Below are positions 8,771 to 17,153 of a stretch of 32,000 nucleotides of DNA, piece after piece. Origin of the DNA: Pseudomonas aeruginosa. GTDB taxonomy: Bacteria; Pseudomonadota; Gammaproteobacteria; Pseudomonadales; Pseudomonadaceae. Each line of letters starts with the position of its first letter. The first letter of the stretch is position 1. The position numbers were made by a program, and so were the translations under genes. The DNA lies in assembly GCF_001457615.1 (NCBI RefSeq), contig NZ_LN831024.1, positions 4,230,001 to 4,262,000 on the forward strand. The letters are read 5' to 3'. The notes below the pieces were generated by a model that had not been told where the DNA came from, made no database searches, and worked only from the letters and a program-made list of their open reading frames with translations.

Positions 8771-9772
8771 ATGCGTGAGCGCACCATCGCCAGCCATTTC
8801 GTCCGCGCCGCGTTGCGCGGGGCCACGCGCCAAGGCCTGGACGGCCCCGCCCTGCTGCGTCGCGCCGGCATCCAGCCGGCCCTGCTGGACGAACCGCGGG
8901 CACGCATCGCGCCGGAGCAGTTCACCCGCCTGATGCAGTTGCTCTGGGAAGTGCTGGACGACGAATACATGGGCTTCGGCGAAGTCCGCAGCAAGCGCGG
9001 CACCTTCGCCATGATGTGCCACACCCTGATTCATTGCCGGACCCTGGAAAAGGCCCTGCAGCGCGGCGAACTGTTCTACGGCCTGTTCCCCCAGGCGCCG
9101 CTGATCCACCTGCGGCGCGACGGCGACCTGGTGCGCCTGAGCCTCGAGGAACGCCACCTGTCGGACCCGGATCACTTCCTCGCCGAAAGCCTGCTGGTGA
9201 TCTGGCACCGCCTCGCCAGTTGGCTGATCGGCCAGCGCATCCGCCTGGAGGAAGCCACCTTCAGCTACCCGGCGCCGGACCACCAGGCCGAGTACGACCT
9301 GCTGTTTCCCTGCCCCCGGCGGTTTTCCGCCGGCTGCACCAGCCTGCTGTTCGCCGCCCGCTACCTGGGCATGCCGCTGCTGCAGGACGAACGCACCCTC
9401 AAGCAGTTCCTCCAGCACTCTCCCGCCGACCTGCTGGCGCGCCCGGACGGCGGCGACAGCCTGACCAGCCAGATCCGCCGCCTGCTCGGCCGCGACTGCC
9501 GGCGCTGGCCAGACCTCGACCAGGTCGCCCGCCAACTGCACATGAGTTCGCAGACCCTGCGACGCCACCTGCGCGAGGAAGGCGGCAGCTTCCAGCAACT
9601 CAAGGACCACCTGCGCCGCGACCTGGCGATCTACCACCTGGGTCGGGACGAGCTATCGATCCAGGACATCGCCGAGCAGCTCGGCTTTTCCGAGCCCTCG
9701 GCCTTCCATCGCGCGTTCAAGAAGTGGACCGGCCTCACCCCCGGCGCGTACCGGCACCAGGCGGAAGCCTGA
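8771..9772 (+). CDS. AraC family transcriptional regulator with N-terminal arabinose_bd-like domain
   Basis: C-terminal HTH QVARQLHMSSQTLRRHLREEGGSFQQLKDHLRRDLAIYHLGRDELSIQDIAEQLGFSEPSAFHRAFKKWTGLTPGAYR. Confidence 0.9.
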   Translation: MRERTIASHFVRAALRGATRQGLDGPALLRRAGIQPALLDEPRARIAPEQFTRLMQLLWEVLDDEYMGFGEVRSKRGTFAMMCHTLIHCRTLEKALQRGELFYGLFPQAPLIHLRRDGDLVRLSLEERHLSDPDHFLAESLLVIWHRLASWLIGQRIRLEEATFSYPAPDHQAEYDLLFPCPRRFSAGCTSLLFAARYLGMPLLQDERTLKQFLQHSPADLLARPDGGDSLTSQIRRLLGRDCRRWPDLDQVARQLHMSSQTLRRHLREEGGSFQQLKDHLRRDLAIYHLGRDELSIQDIAEQLGFSEPSAFHRAFKKWTGLTPGAYRHQAEA

Positions 9773-9775
9773 AGC

Positions 9776-12700
9776 TCAGCCCAGCTCCTGGCGACGAAGC
9801 CCGCTGCGCAGTTGGTCGAGCACCGTGGCGAACGGCTGCGGCCGACCGACCGCGTAGCCCTGGGCGAAATCCACCCCGAGGCGCGCCAGGTGATCGAGGA
9901 TTTCCCGGCTCTCGACGAACTCGGCCACGGTCACCGCGCCCAGGCGGTGGGCGATCTGGTTGATGGAGTCGACGATGGCCTGGTCCACCGGGCTCTTGTC
10001 CAGGTTGCGGACGAAGCTGCCGTCGATCTTGATCACGTCGACGACAAAATTCTTCAGGTAATTGAAGGAACTCAGGCCGGAGCCGAAGTCGTCCAGCGCC
10101 ACCTTGCAGCCGAGGTCGCGCAGCTTGGCGACGATCCGCGAAGCCACCGACAACTGGTTCATCAACGCCGTCTCGGTCAGCTCGAAGTACAGGCGCTCCG
10201 GCCTCAGCGGCGAGTGTTCGATGCGATCCAGCAGGTAAGGCAGGAACAGCGGGTCGTTGAGCGAGTTGCCGGACAGGTTGATGCCGATGCTCAGGCCCTC
10301 CACCGCGGCGATCCGCGCGCCGAAGTTGATCAGCGCCTCGTTGATCACCCAGCGGTCGATGCTGGCCATCAGGTTGAAGCGCTCGGCGGCCGGGATGAAG
10401 GCGCCCGGCGGAGTCATCTGGCCATCCGGATCGTACAGTCGCAGCAGCAGCTCGTAGTGCCGGTCGCCGTCGCGGCGGGGGCCGACCGGGACGATCTCCT
10501 GCGCCTGCAACTGGAAGCGGTCGTTCTCCAGGGCCTCGCGCAGCCCGCTGGCGAGGAGTATGTCGCGGTGCTGGCGCTCCACTTCCTCATGGCCGAACTG
10601 GTACACCGAAACCCGGTTGCGCCCGGCATGCTTGGCCGCGTAGCAGGCCACGTCGGCCTGGCTCATCAGTTCGCTGGTGCTGCGCGAGGTGGCGGTAAGG
10701 GCGGTGATACCGATGCTCGCGCCCACGTCGTAGAGCCGCCCTTCCCAGGGGAAGCGCACCGAGCAGATCTGCTCGATGAGCTTGCTCGCCACCTGCTCCG
10801 CCTCCGCCAGGTCGCAATCGAACAGCAGCAGGCCGAACTCATCGCCGCCCAGCCGCGCCAGGGTGTCGGAGGCGCGGGTGCGGTCGGCGAGAATCCGGCT
10901 CAGCTCGCGCAGCAGCATGTCGCCCGCCGCGTGCCCGGCGGAATCGTTGACCACCTTGAAGCGGTCGAGGTCGATGAAGCACAGCGCATGCTGGGTCGCC
11001 CGCTCCTGGGCGTTGGCCAGGGCGCGTTGCAGCTCCTCCTCGAACTTGGTGCGGTTGAACAGCCCGGTGAGGGCATCGTGGGAGGCGTGATAGCTCAGCT
11101 CGCGCTGCATCGCCCGGGCCTTGGTGACGTTCTGGAACACCAGCACGGTGCCGATGATCTCGCCATCGCGGGTGCGCACCGGCGCCGCGCAATTCTGGAT
11201 ATCGTGCTGCTCGCCCTTGCGGCTGATCAGCGTGGCGCCGTCCTCCAGGTAGAACACCCGGGTGTTCTGCAGGCAGCGTCGCACCGGGCTTTCCAGGGCC
11301 TCGCCGGTGTCGCTGTCGAGCACGTTGAAGACCAGTTCGTGGGGCGCGCCGATGGCGTCCTGCAAGGTCCAGCCGGTCATCGCCTCGGCCACCGGGTTCA
11401 TGAAGGTCACGCGGCCGCCGGCGTCGGTGGTCAAGACGGCATCGCCGATGGAATACAGGGTCACCTGCAGGCGTTCCTTTTCCTCGTGCAGGGTTTCCGC
11501 CAGGGTGCGGATCTCGGTGATGTCGCTGTTGATGCCGATCATCCGCACCGGACGGTTGTCCTCGTCGCGCGTCAGCGTGGCGATCGCCCGCAGGTGGCGA
11601 ACCTCGCGGTTGGGGCGGACGATACGGAACTCGCAGTCGAATTTCTGCAACCCGCTGACGGCGCGCTCCAGCTCGCGCAGCACGCGGTCGTGATCCTCGG
11701 CATGCAGGCTCGCCTTCCACTGCTCCACCGTGGTCTCCCCGGGACCGCTGCGGATGCCGTACAGGTCGAACATGCGGAAATCCCAGTGCAGGCGGTTGCG
11801 CGCCAGGTCCCACTCCCAGATGCCGATCTGCCCGGCGTCGGTGGCCAGCTTGATCCGTTCGGCGAGGCGCTCGCGCTCCAGCTCGGCACGCTTGCGACTG
11901 TCGATATCCTCCACCTGGGTGACGAAGTACTGGGCGACTCCCTCCTCGTCGCGCACCAGCGACACGCTGATGCGCGCCCAGAAGGTTTCGCCGTCCTGGC
12001 GCAGGTAGCGCTTCTCCATCTGGTAGGAGTTGATACGCCCGGCGAGCAGGTCGCGCACCAGGTCGAGGTCCAGTTCCAGGTCGTCCACATAGGTGATCTC
12101 CTGGAACGACAGCTCGCCCAGGCGTTCGGCGGAATAGCCGAGCATCCGGCACAGCGCCTCGTTGACCTTGAACAGCCGCCCCTCCAGCGACACCAGGGCC
12201 ATGCCGATCGCCGAGAATTCCATGGCGCCGCGGAACTGCGCCTCGCCGATGGCCACCTGATGCTGCTCGCGGCGGCTGCGCTCCATGATCACCGAGACCA
12301 GGAAGGCGGGAATGAGGGTCAAGGCCATCGGCAGGTACAGCAGCGGCTCGCCGAAACGTTGCTGGGACGACTCGGGGACGAACACGCCGAGGGCGATCAG
12401 CACGGCGATGAAACAGGTGTTCAGGCAACCGATCAGCGCGGTACCGAACACGCTGGTGCTGGCGGCGGCCACCAGCAGCGGCAGGAGCACGTAGATGAAG
12501 GCGTAGGGCAGGCGCGTCAGGGCCACGAAGCTGATCACCAGGGTCACCAGCAGGAGCATCGCGTTGTCCACTCCCGCCCGCCCCGACAGAGCGTGACGCC
12601 AGGCCGCCAGGTTGCTGGCCATGCACAATGGCAGCAGCGCGAGCATGCCCATCGCATCGCCCACGTACCAGCGCGCCCACATTTCCGGGAAACGCCCCAT

Positions 12701-13138
12701 GCCGAAGACGCTGACCAGCACCGCGCCCACCGAGGCGCCGAGCAAGGGCGGGATCAGCGCGCCGGCCCAGAGCACGCGAACCGCCGAATGCAGGTTGAAT
12801 TCGAAGTCCTCGCGCACCCGGTTGATGCGTAACAGCATCGCGGCGAAGATCGCTTCGCTCAGGTTGGCCGGCAGGAACGCCGCGCTCATCCACAGGCTGT
12901 CGCCATACAGGCGGTTGGCCGCCAGGTTGGCCACGGCGGAGCAGAGCAGGATCGCCGGCCACTGGCGCAGCGGCGCGCGCAGCAGGGCGGCGGTGAGGAT
13001 CGCGTTGGGCAGCCAGATCGCCGCGATGGTGGCAGGCTGGCGCGACAGGTAGATGCAGGCCAGGGCGGCGAGAAAGAACAGCACACCGGCCTGGATGCCC
13101 GCCCACAAGCCCCTGTCGTCGGTTTTGCCACTGAACAT
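9776..13138 (-). CDS. MASE1-PAS/PAC(x3)-GGDEF-EAL membrane signalling protein
   Basis: 1120 aa. Multi-TM MASE1-like N-terminus, PAS repeats, intact GGDEF with an I-site-like RxxD five residues upstream (RASDTLARLGGDEF), and EAL-domain motifs YELLLR, ELTETA, DDFGSG and IKIDGSFV. Confidence 0.93.
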   Translation of the reverse strand: MFSGKTDDRGLWAGIQAGVLFFLAALACIYLSRQPATIAAIWLPNAILTAALLRAPLRQWPAILLCSAVANLAANRLYGDSLWMSAAFLPANLSEAIFAAMLLRINRVREDFEFNLHSAVRVLWAGALIPPLLGASVGAVLVSVFGMGRFPEMWARWYVGDAMGMLALLPLCMASNLAAWRHALSGRAGVDNAMLLLVTLVISFVALTRLPYAFIYVLLPLLVAAASTSVFGTALIGCLNTCFIAVLIALGVFVPESSQQRFGEPLLYLPMALTLIPAFLVSVIMERSRREQHQVAIGEAQFRGAMEFSAIGMALVSLEGRLFKVNEALCRMLGYSAERLGELSFQEITYVDDLELDLDLVRDLLAGRINSYQMEKRYLRQDGETFWARISVSLVRDEEGVAQYFVTQVEDIDSRKRAELERERLAERIKLATDAGQIGIWEWDLARNRLHWDFRMFDLYGIRSGPGETTVEQWKASLHAEDHDRVLRELERAVSGLQKFDCEFRIVRPNREVRHLRAIATLTRDEDNRPVRMIGINSDITEIRTLAETLHEEKERLQVTLYSIGDAVLTTDAGGRVTFMNPVAEAMTGWTLQDAIGAPHELVFNVLDSDTGEALESPVRRCLQNTRVFYLEDGATLISRKGEQHDIQNCAAPVRTRDGEIIGTVLVFQNVTKARAMQRELSYHASHDALTGLFNRTKFEEELQRALANAQERATQHALCFIDLDRFKVVNDSAGHAAGDMLLRELSRILADRTRASDTLARLGGDEFGLLLFDCDLAEAEQVASKLIEQICSVRFPWEGRLYDVGASIGITALTATSRSTSELMSQADVACYAAKHAGRNRVSVYQFGHEEVERQHRDILLASGLREALENDRFQLQAQEIVPVGPRRDGDRHYELLLRLYDPDGQMTPPGAFIPAAERFNLMASIDRWVINEALINFGARIAAVEGLSIGINLSGNSLNDPLFLPYLLDRIEHSPLRPERLYFELTETALMNQLSVASRIVAKLRDLGCKVALDDFGSGLSSFNYLKNFVVDVIKIDGSFVRNLDKSPVDQAIVDSINQIAHRLGAVTVAEFVESREILDHLARLGVDFAQGYAVGRPQPFATVLDQLRSGLRRQELG

Positions 13139-13239
13139 CCGCTCGAATCCCCGGTACCTGCGTCAAAGGAACTGCGCCAGCCGAACAGACTTCAGCGTAG
13201 CGCGGAAACACCTCAGACGTAGGTAACGGCCGCCAAGTC

Positions 13240-14586
13240 TCAGACTGTAGCGAAACGTATGCGGAAGCAGGCGCCGCCCAGCTCGGAATCGTCCAGGCTC
13301 AGTTCGCCGTCGTAGCTCTCGATGATGTCCAGCGCCACGGCCAGGCCGATGCCCTGCCCCGGGTGCTGGGTATCGGCGCGCTCGCCGCGGCGGATGATTC
13401 GTGCGCGCTGTTCGGCAGGCACTCCGGGACCGTCGTCCTCGACCCACAGCTCCGAGTAACCCGGCCCCAGCCGGGCGCCCACGCGGACCCGGCCCAGGCA
13501 CAGGCGATAGGCGTTCTCCAGCAGGTTGCCGAGCAGTTCCAGCAGCGCGCCGCGCTCCACCGGCACGCTGAAGGACGGCGAGAAGTCCCGCTGCAGGCTT
13601 ACCCGCTTGTCGCGATAGACCTTGTCCAGCGCGTCGCACAGGGTCTCCACCAGCGGCGCCAGTTGCTCGCGATGGCGTACCAGGCCGCTCTTGCGCAGGC
13701 TGGCGCGCTGCAACTGATAGCCTATCTGCTGGCTCATGCGCTCGATCTGGCCCTGTAGCACCCGCACCTGCTCGCGGTTGCCGGGCTCCTCGGCGAGCTG
13801 GTCGCCGACCCCCTGCAAGACCGCCAGCGGCGTCTTCAGACTGTGCGCCAGGTCGCCGAGGGAGTGGCGGTAGCGCTCGCGCTGCTTGTGCTCGCTGCGC
13901 AACAGGCGGTTCAGCGAGTGGGTCAGGCGCAGCAGCTCGCGCGGATGCTCCTCGCTCAGGCTCTCGCGCTCGCCGGATTCGATCTGGTCCAGCTCGGAAC
14001 TCAACCCGCGCATCGCCCGGAAGCCCCAGGTCAGACCCAGCCAGAGCAGCCCGAGCAAGACCAGCAGGGCGCCGCCGAGCCACAGGTAGAGCTGCTCGCG
14101 GAACCCCTTGAGCAGGCTCTCGAACTCGCTGACCGATTGCATGGTGACGATGCTGTAGGCCGCCTGCTTGCCGCGCAGCAGGTCGATCTCGACGTCGAAC
14201 ACGAAGAACTCCTCGCCCTTCGCATCGCGGGTGGTGTGGAATTCGTTGCCGCGGCCGTCGTAGCGCGGCGTGTAGTTGATCGACTCGTCGGCCGCCGAGG
14301 TGGAGCGCCAGAGCAGATCGCCATTCTGGTCGTAGATATAGCCGAGGACCTTGGCCTCCGGCAGGTTGAACTCCTCCACCGGCAGGTGCTCGGGCATCAC
14401 CAGGCGGCCCTTCTCCACCCGCGCCGCCGAGACCAGGGTCGCCACGTCGGCGGCCAGGCGCTGCTCGATGGTGTTCTCCAGGGCGATGCCGAAGGCCCGC
14501 TGCAGGGCCGGCAGCAGCGCCAGCATGAACAGCACCGCCAGGGCGGCGGCGCCGAGCATCAGACGGATGCGCAGGGAACGGATCAC
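13240..14586 (-). CDS. phoQ: Two-component sensor histidine kinase PhoQ
   Basis: 448 aa. Two TM segments, a HAMP-like linker, an H-box-like SLGDLAHSLKTPLAVLQG, and a HATPase domain (LLGNLLENAYRL, GQGIGLAVALDI). Adjacent to phoP and oprH. Confidence 0.95.
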   Translation of the reverse strand: MIRSLRIRLMLGAAALAVLFMLALLPALQRAFGIALENTIEQRLAADVATLVSAARVEKGRLVMPEHLPVEEFNLPEAKVLGYIYDQNGDLLWRSTSAADESINYTPRYDGRGNEFHTTRDAKGEEFFVFDVEIDLLRGKQAAYSIVTMQSVSEFESLLKGFREQLYLWLGGALLVLLGLLWLGLTWGFRAMRGLSSELDQIESGERESLSEEHPRELLRLTHSLNRLLRSEHKQRERYRHSLGDLAHSLKTPLAVLQGVGDQLAEEPGNREQVRVLQGQIERMSQQIGYQLQRASLRKSGLVRHREQLAPLVETLCDALDKVYRDKRVSLQRDFSPSFSVPVERGALLELLGNLLENAYRLCLGRVRVGARLGPGYSELWVEDDGPGVPAEQRARIIRRGERADTQHPGQGIGLAVALDIIESYDGELSLDDSELGGACFRIRFATV

Positions 14587-15260
14587 CGGCAGCGCTCGGT
14601 GAACAGGTAGCCCTGGCCGCGCACCGTATCGATCGGCTTGAAGCCGCCGCAGGCCTCCAGCTTGCGCCGCAGGCGGCCGACCAGCACCTCGATGACGTTG
14701 GCGTCGCGCTCCTCGTCGTCGGGATAGAGCTGTTCCATCAGGCGTTCCTTGGCCACCACCTGCTGGTGATGCCGCATGAGGTATTCGAGGATGCGGTATT
14801 CGTAGGCGGTCAGCGCCACCGGTTGCTCCTCGACCAGCGCCTGCTTGCGGTTCAGGTCGAGGACCAGGGGGCCGGCCTCGATGGTCGACTGGACGAACCC
14901 CGAGGAGCGTCGCAGCAACGCGTTCAGGCGCGCTTCCAGTTCCTCGAACTGGAACGGCTTGACCACGTAGTCGTCGGCCCCGGCGGCCAGGCCTTCGACC
15001 TTGTCCTGCCAGTTGCCGCGGGCGGTGAGGATCAGGATCGGGAAGGACTTGCCCTGCGAACGCAGCTCGCGGATCAGGTCCAGGCCGCTCATGCCCGGCA
15101 GGCCGAGGTCGATCACCGCCAGGTCGTGGTGGTATTCGCTGACCCGGTAGAGGGCTTCCTCGGCATCCGGTACCGCGTCCACCACGTGCCCCTGTTCACC
15201 CAGGCGGGTATAGAGGTGGTGGCGCAACAGCGCCTCGTCTTCCACTACCAGCAGTTTCAT
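14583..15260 (-). CDS. phoP: Two-component response regulator PhoP
   Basis: 225 aa. MKLLVVEDEALLRHHLYTRLGEQGH is an OmpR-family receiver, followed by a winged-helix DNA-binding domain. It overlaps phoQ by 4 nt. Confidence 0.96.
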   Translation of the reverse strand: MKLLVVEDEALLRHHLYTRLGEQGHVVDAVPDAEEALYRVSEYHHDLAVIDLGLPGMSGLDLIRELRSQGKSFPILILTARGNWQDKVEGLAAGADDYVVKPFQFEELEARLNALLRRSSGFVQSTIEAGPLVLDLNRKQALVEEQPVALTAYEYRILEYLMRHHQQVVAKERLMEQLYPDDEERDANVIEVLVGRLRRKLEACGGFKPIDTVRGQGYLFTERCR

Positions 15261-15339
15261 GAGGTTCCTCCGGATGAGATGCGGCCGGACCTTCCGGCCC
15301 GGCCATCGAAGCATGCCCTCGCGGGCGCTGCGCGGTCAT

Positions 15340-15942
15340 TTAGAACTTGTAGTTGGCGCCCAGGTAGAATTGCGAGCTGCTGTGCAGGTCCAGGGAGCCC
15401 AGCTTGTTGCCGCCATGCGGGGTCATCTCGGTGCTGGCGTTGGTGCGCAGGTAACGATAGCCGCCTTCGATCGAGGCATTCTTGCTCAGCTCCTGCAGGA
15501 TACCGGCCTGCAGCCCGGCAGCGTAGCCGACATCGCTGTCGCGCTTGAAGCCCTTGCCGTCCTGTTCCAGCTTGACCAGGCCGAGGGTGGCACCGCCGAA
15601 CAGCTTGGTGTTGTTGTCGCCGATCGGCAGGAAGGCGTCGTAGCTGCCGAGCAGGTTCTGCTGGCGCAGCTTGTTGCCGCTGCTGGTGTCGGAGATGTTC
15701 TCGTAGGTCGCGTAGTAGCGGCCCTGTTCGAACTGCTGGCCGGCGCGGATGCCCCAGGTGCCGGTGTTGTCGATCACCTTGTCGAGGTTCGGGCTGTTCA
15801 GGTTGCGGTTCAGCGACTTGGATTTCTGGATGTTGTTGCTGGTCTCGCCCCAGGTCAGGCCGACGAAGTTGTCGGCGGCCTGGACGCCGGCGGCGGAACC
15901 CAGCAGGGCGGTGGCGATGAAGAGAGTCTTGAGTGCTTTCAT
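15340..15942 (-). CDS. oprH: Outer membrane protein OprH
   Basis: 200 aa. Signal peptide MKALKTLFIATALLGSAAGVQA and a beta-barrel protein ending YLGANYKF, positioned immediately upstream of phoPQ. Confidence 0.96.
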   Translation of the reverse strand: MKALKTLFIATALLGSAAGVQAADNFVGLTWGETSNNIQKSKSLNRNLNSPNLDKVIDNTGTWGIRAGQQFEQGRYYATYENISDTSSGNKLRQQNLLGSYDAFLPIGDNNTKLFGGATLGLVKLEQDGKGFKRDSDVGYAAGLQAGILQELSKNASIEGGYRYLRTNASTEMTPHGGNKLGSLDLHSSSQFYLGANYKF

Positions 15943-16002
15943 GGTGTTTCTCCGTTCTGCGAGAGTCGTGTCGTTCACGGCTTGCAGAGTACGGACAGGG
16001 TA

Positions 16003-16041
16003 CTGAACCGCCCCTGAACGCTTGCTGAACCCGGGCTGAAC
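16003..16041 (-). promoter_or_regulatory. Tandem PhoP-box repeats in the oprH promoter
   Basis: The minus strand reads GTTCAG-CCCGG-GTTCAG-CAAGC-GTTCAG-GGGCG-GTTCAG: four perfect hexamers with 5-bp spacers. Confidence 0.8.
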
Positions 16042-16163
16042 GACTCGCGTTTGCCGGCGAACGCTCTGTTTCCAGGCTGCCGCGCGCCGGCTCGGCGAGG
16101 TTTTTGCCCGTACTGCAAGTAGGGTCTAGGCTTTCTACAGTCGCCTGCATAGAGGCTGGGCCA

Positions 16164-16331
16164 ATGAACGAACAACCCGACCAGGGACGCGTCAAGGGCA
16201 TGGAAGCCAGGCTCTTCCTGTTTCTCGTGATCTGCCTGTTCCCGCTGCTGTCCGTCGCACTGGTCGGCGGCTTCGGTTTCTGCGTCTGGATGTACCAGCT
16301 ACTGGCCGGCCCGCCCGGGCCGCCGGCCTGA
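16164..16331 (+). CDS. napE: Periplasmic nitrate reductase accessory protein NapE
   Basis: 55 aa single-TM protein MNEQPDQGRVKGMEARLFLFLVICLFPLLSVALVGGFGFCVWMYQLLAGPPGPPA at the head of the nap cluster. Confidence 0.9.
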   Translation: MNEQPDQGRVKGMEARLFLFLVICLFPLLSVALVGGFGFCVWMYQLLAGPPGPPA

Positions 16332-16339
16332 GGTCGGGT

Positions 16340-16831
16340 ATGAGCAGTCGCCGAGAGCTGTTCCGCCGCCTCGGCGGGCACCCGCCGACGCGTCGCCCGC
16401 CGTGGACCGCCGCCGACTTCGCCGCAGGCTGCACAGGCTGCGCCGCCTGCGTCGAGGCCTGCCCGGAAGGCGTGCTGAAGCTCGGCGCCGGTCGGCTCGT
16501 CGAACTCGACCTCTCCAGCGCCGGCTGCACGCTGTGCGGGGAATGCGCCAGCCGCTGCGAGGCCGGCCTGTTCGATGGCGCGGGCCCGGCCTTCCCCTGG
16601 ATCGCCACGATCGGCGAAGCCTGCCTGGCCCTGGCCGGGATCCACTGCCGCAGTTGCCAGGACGCCTGCGAACCCGCCGCGATCCGCTTCCGCCCGGCCC
16701 CCGGCGGCGTCGCCCTGGCCGAGCTGGACAGCCAGCGCTGCAACGGCTGCGGCGCCTGCCTGGCGCCCTGTCCGAGCCAGGCCATCCAACTGCGCGCGCT
16801 ATCCACCAAGGAGTCTCCACGACATGCCTGA
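16340..16831 (+). CDS. napF: Ferredoxin-type protein NapF
   Basis: 163 aa with [4Fe-4S]-type Cys clusters CTGCAACVEAC, CTLCGECASRC, CRSCQDAC and CNGCGACLAPC. Confidence 0.93.
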   Translation: MSSRRELFRRLGGHPPTRRPPWTAADFAAGCTGCAACVEACPEGVLKLGAGRLVELDLSSAGCTLCGECASRCEAGLFDGAGPAFPWIATIGEACLALAGIHCRSCQDACEPAAIRFRPAPGGVALAELDSQRCNGCGACLAPCPSQAIQLRALSTKESPRHA

Positions 16832-17153
16832 AGCCCTGCAGATCGCCAGCCTCATCCTGCATTGCCGACCCGAGCGACTGCCGGCGGTGAAGGCCAACCT
16901 GGCGCTGCTCGACGGCCTGGAGATCTACCAGGAAAGCCCGCAGGGCAAGCTGATCCTGGTGCTGGAAGCCGAACGCGAAGAACAGATTCTCGACACCCTG
17001 GGCCAGTTGCAGAACCTGCCAGGAGTGCTCAACGCCGTGCTGGTCTACCACGAGATCCTGCACGACGACGATAGCAACGACGCGGCGGCCATGACCGACC
17101 GCGCGATACCGTGCTCGCCCGAGGAGACAATCGATGAACCTCACCCGTCGTGA
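16824..17153 (+). CDS. napD: NapD, cytoplasmic chaperone for NapA
   Basis: 109 aa [49 protein letters not shown]...; overlaps napF and napA. Confidence 0.92.
   Translation: MPEALQIASLILHCRPERLPAVKANLALLDGLEIYQESPQGKLILVLEAEREEQILDTLGQLQNLPGVLNAVLVYHEILHDDDSNDAAAMTDRAIPCSPEETIDEPHPS

Noticed and set aside
9812-12832. 1006-aa plus-strand ORF antisense to the GGDEF/EAL gene
   Set aside because: Low-complexity composition typical of a GC-rich antisense frame. The minus strand contains full PAS-GGDEF-EAL motifs.
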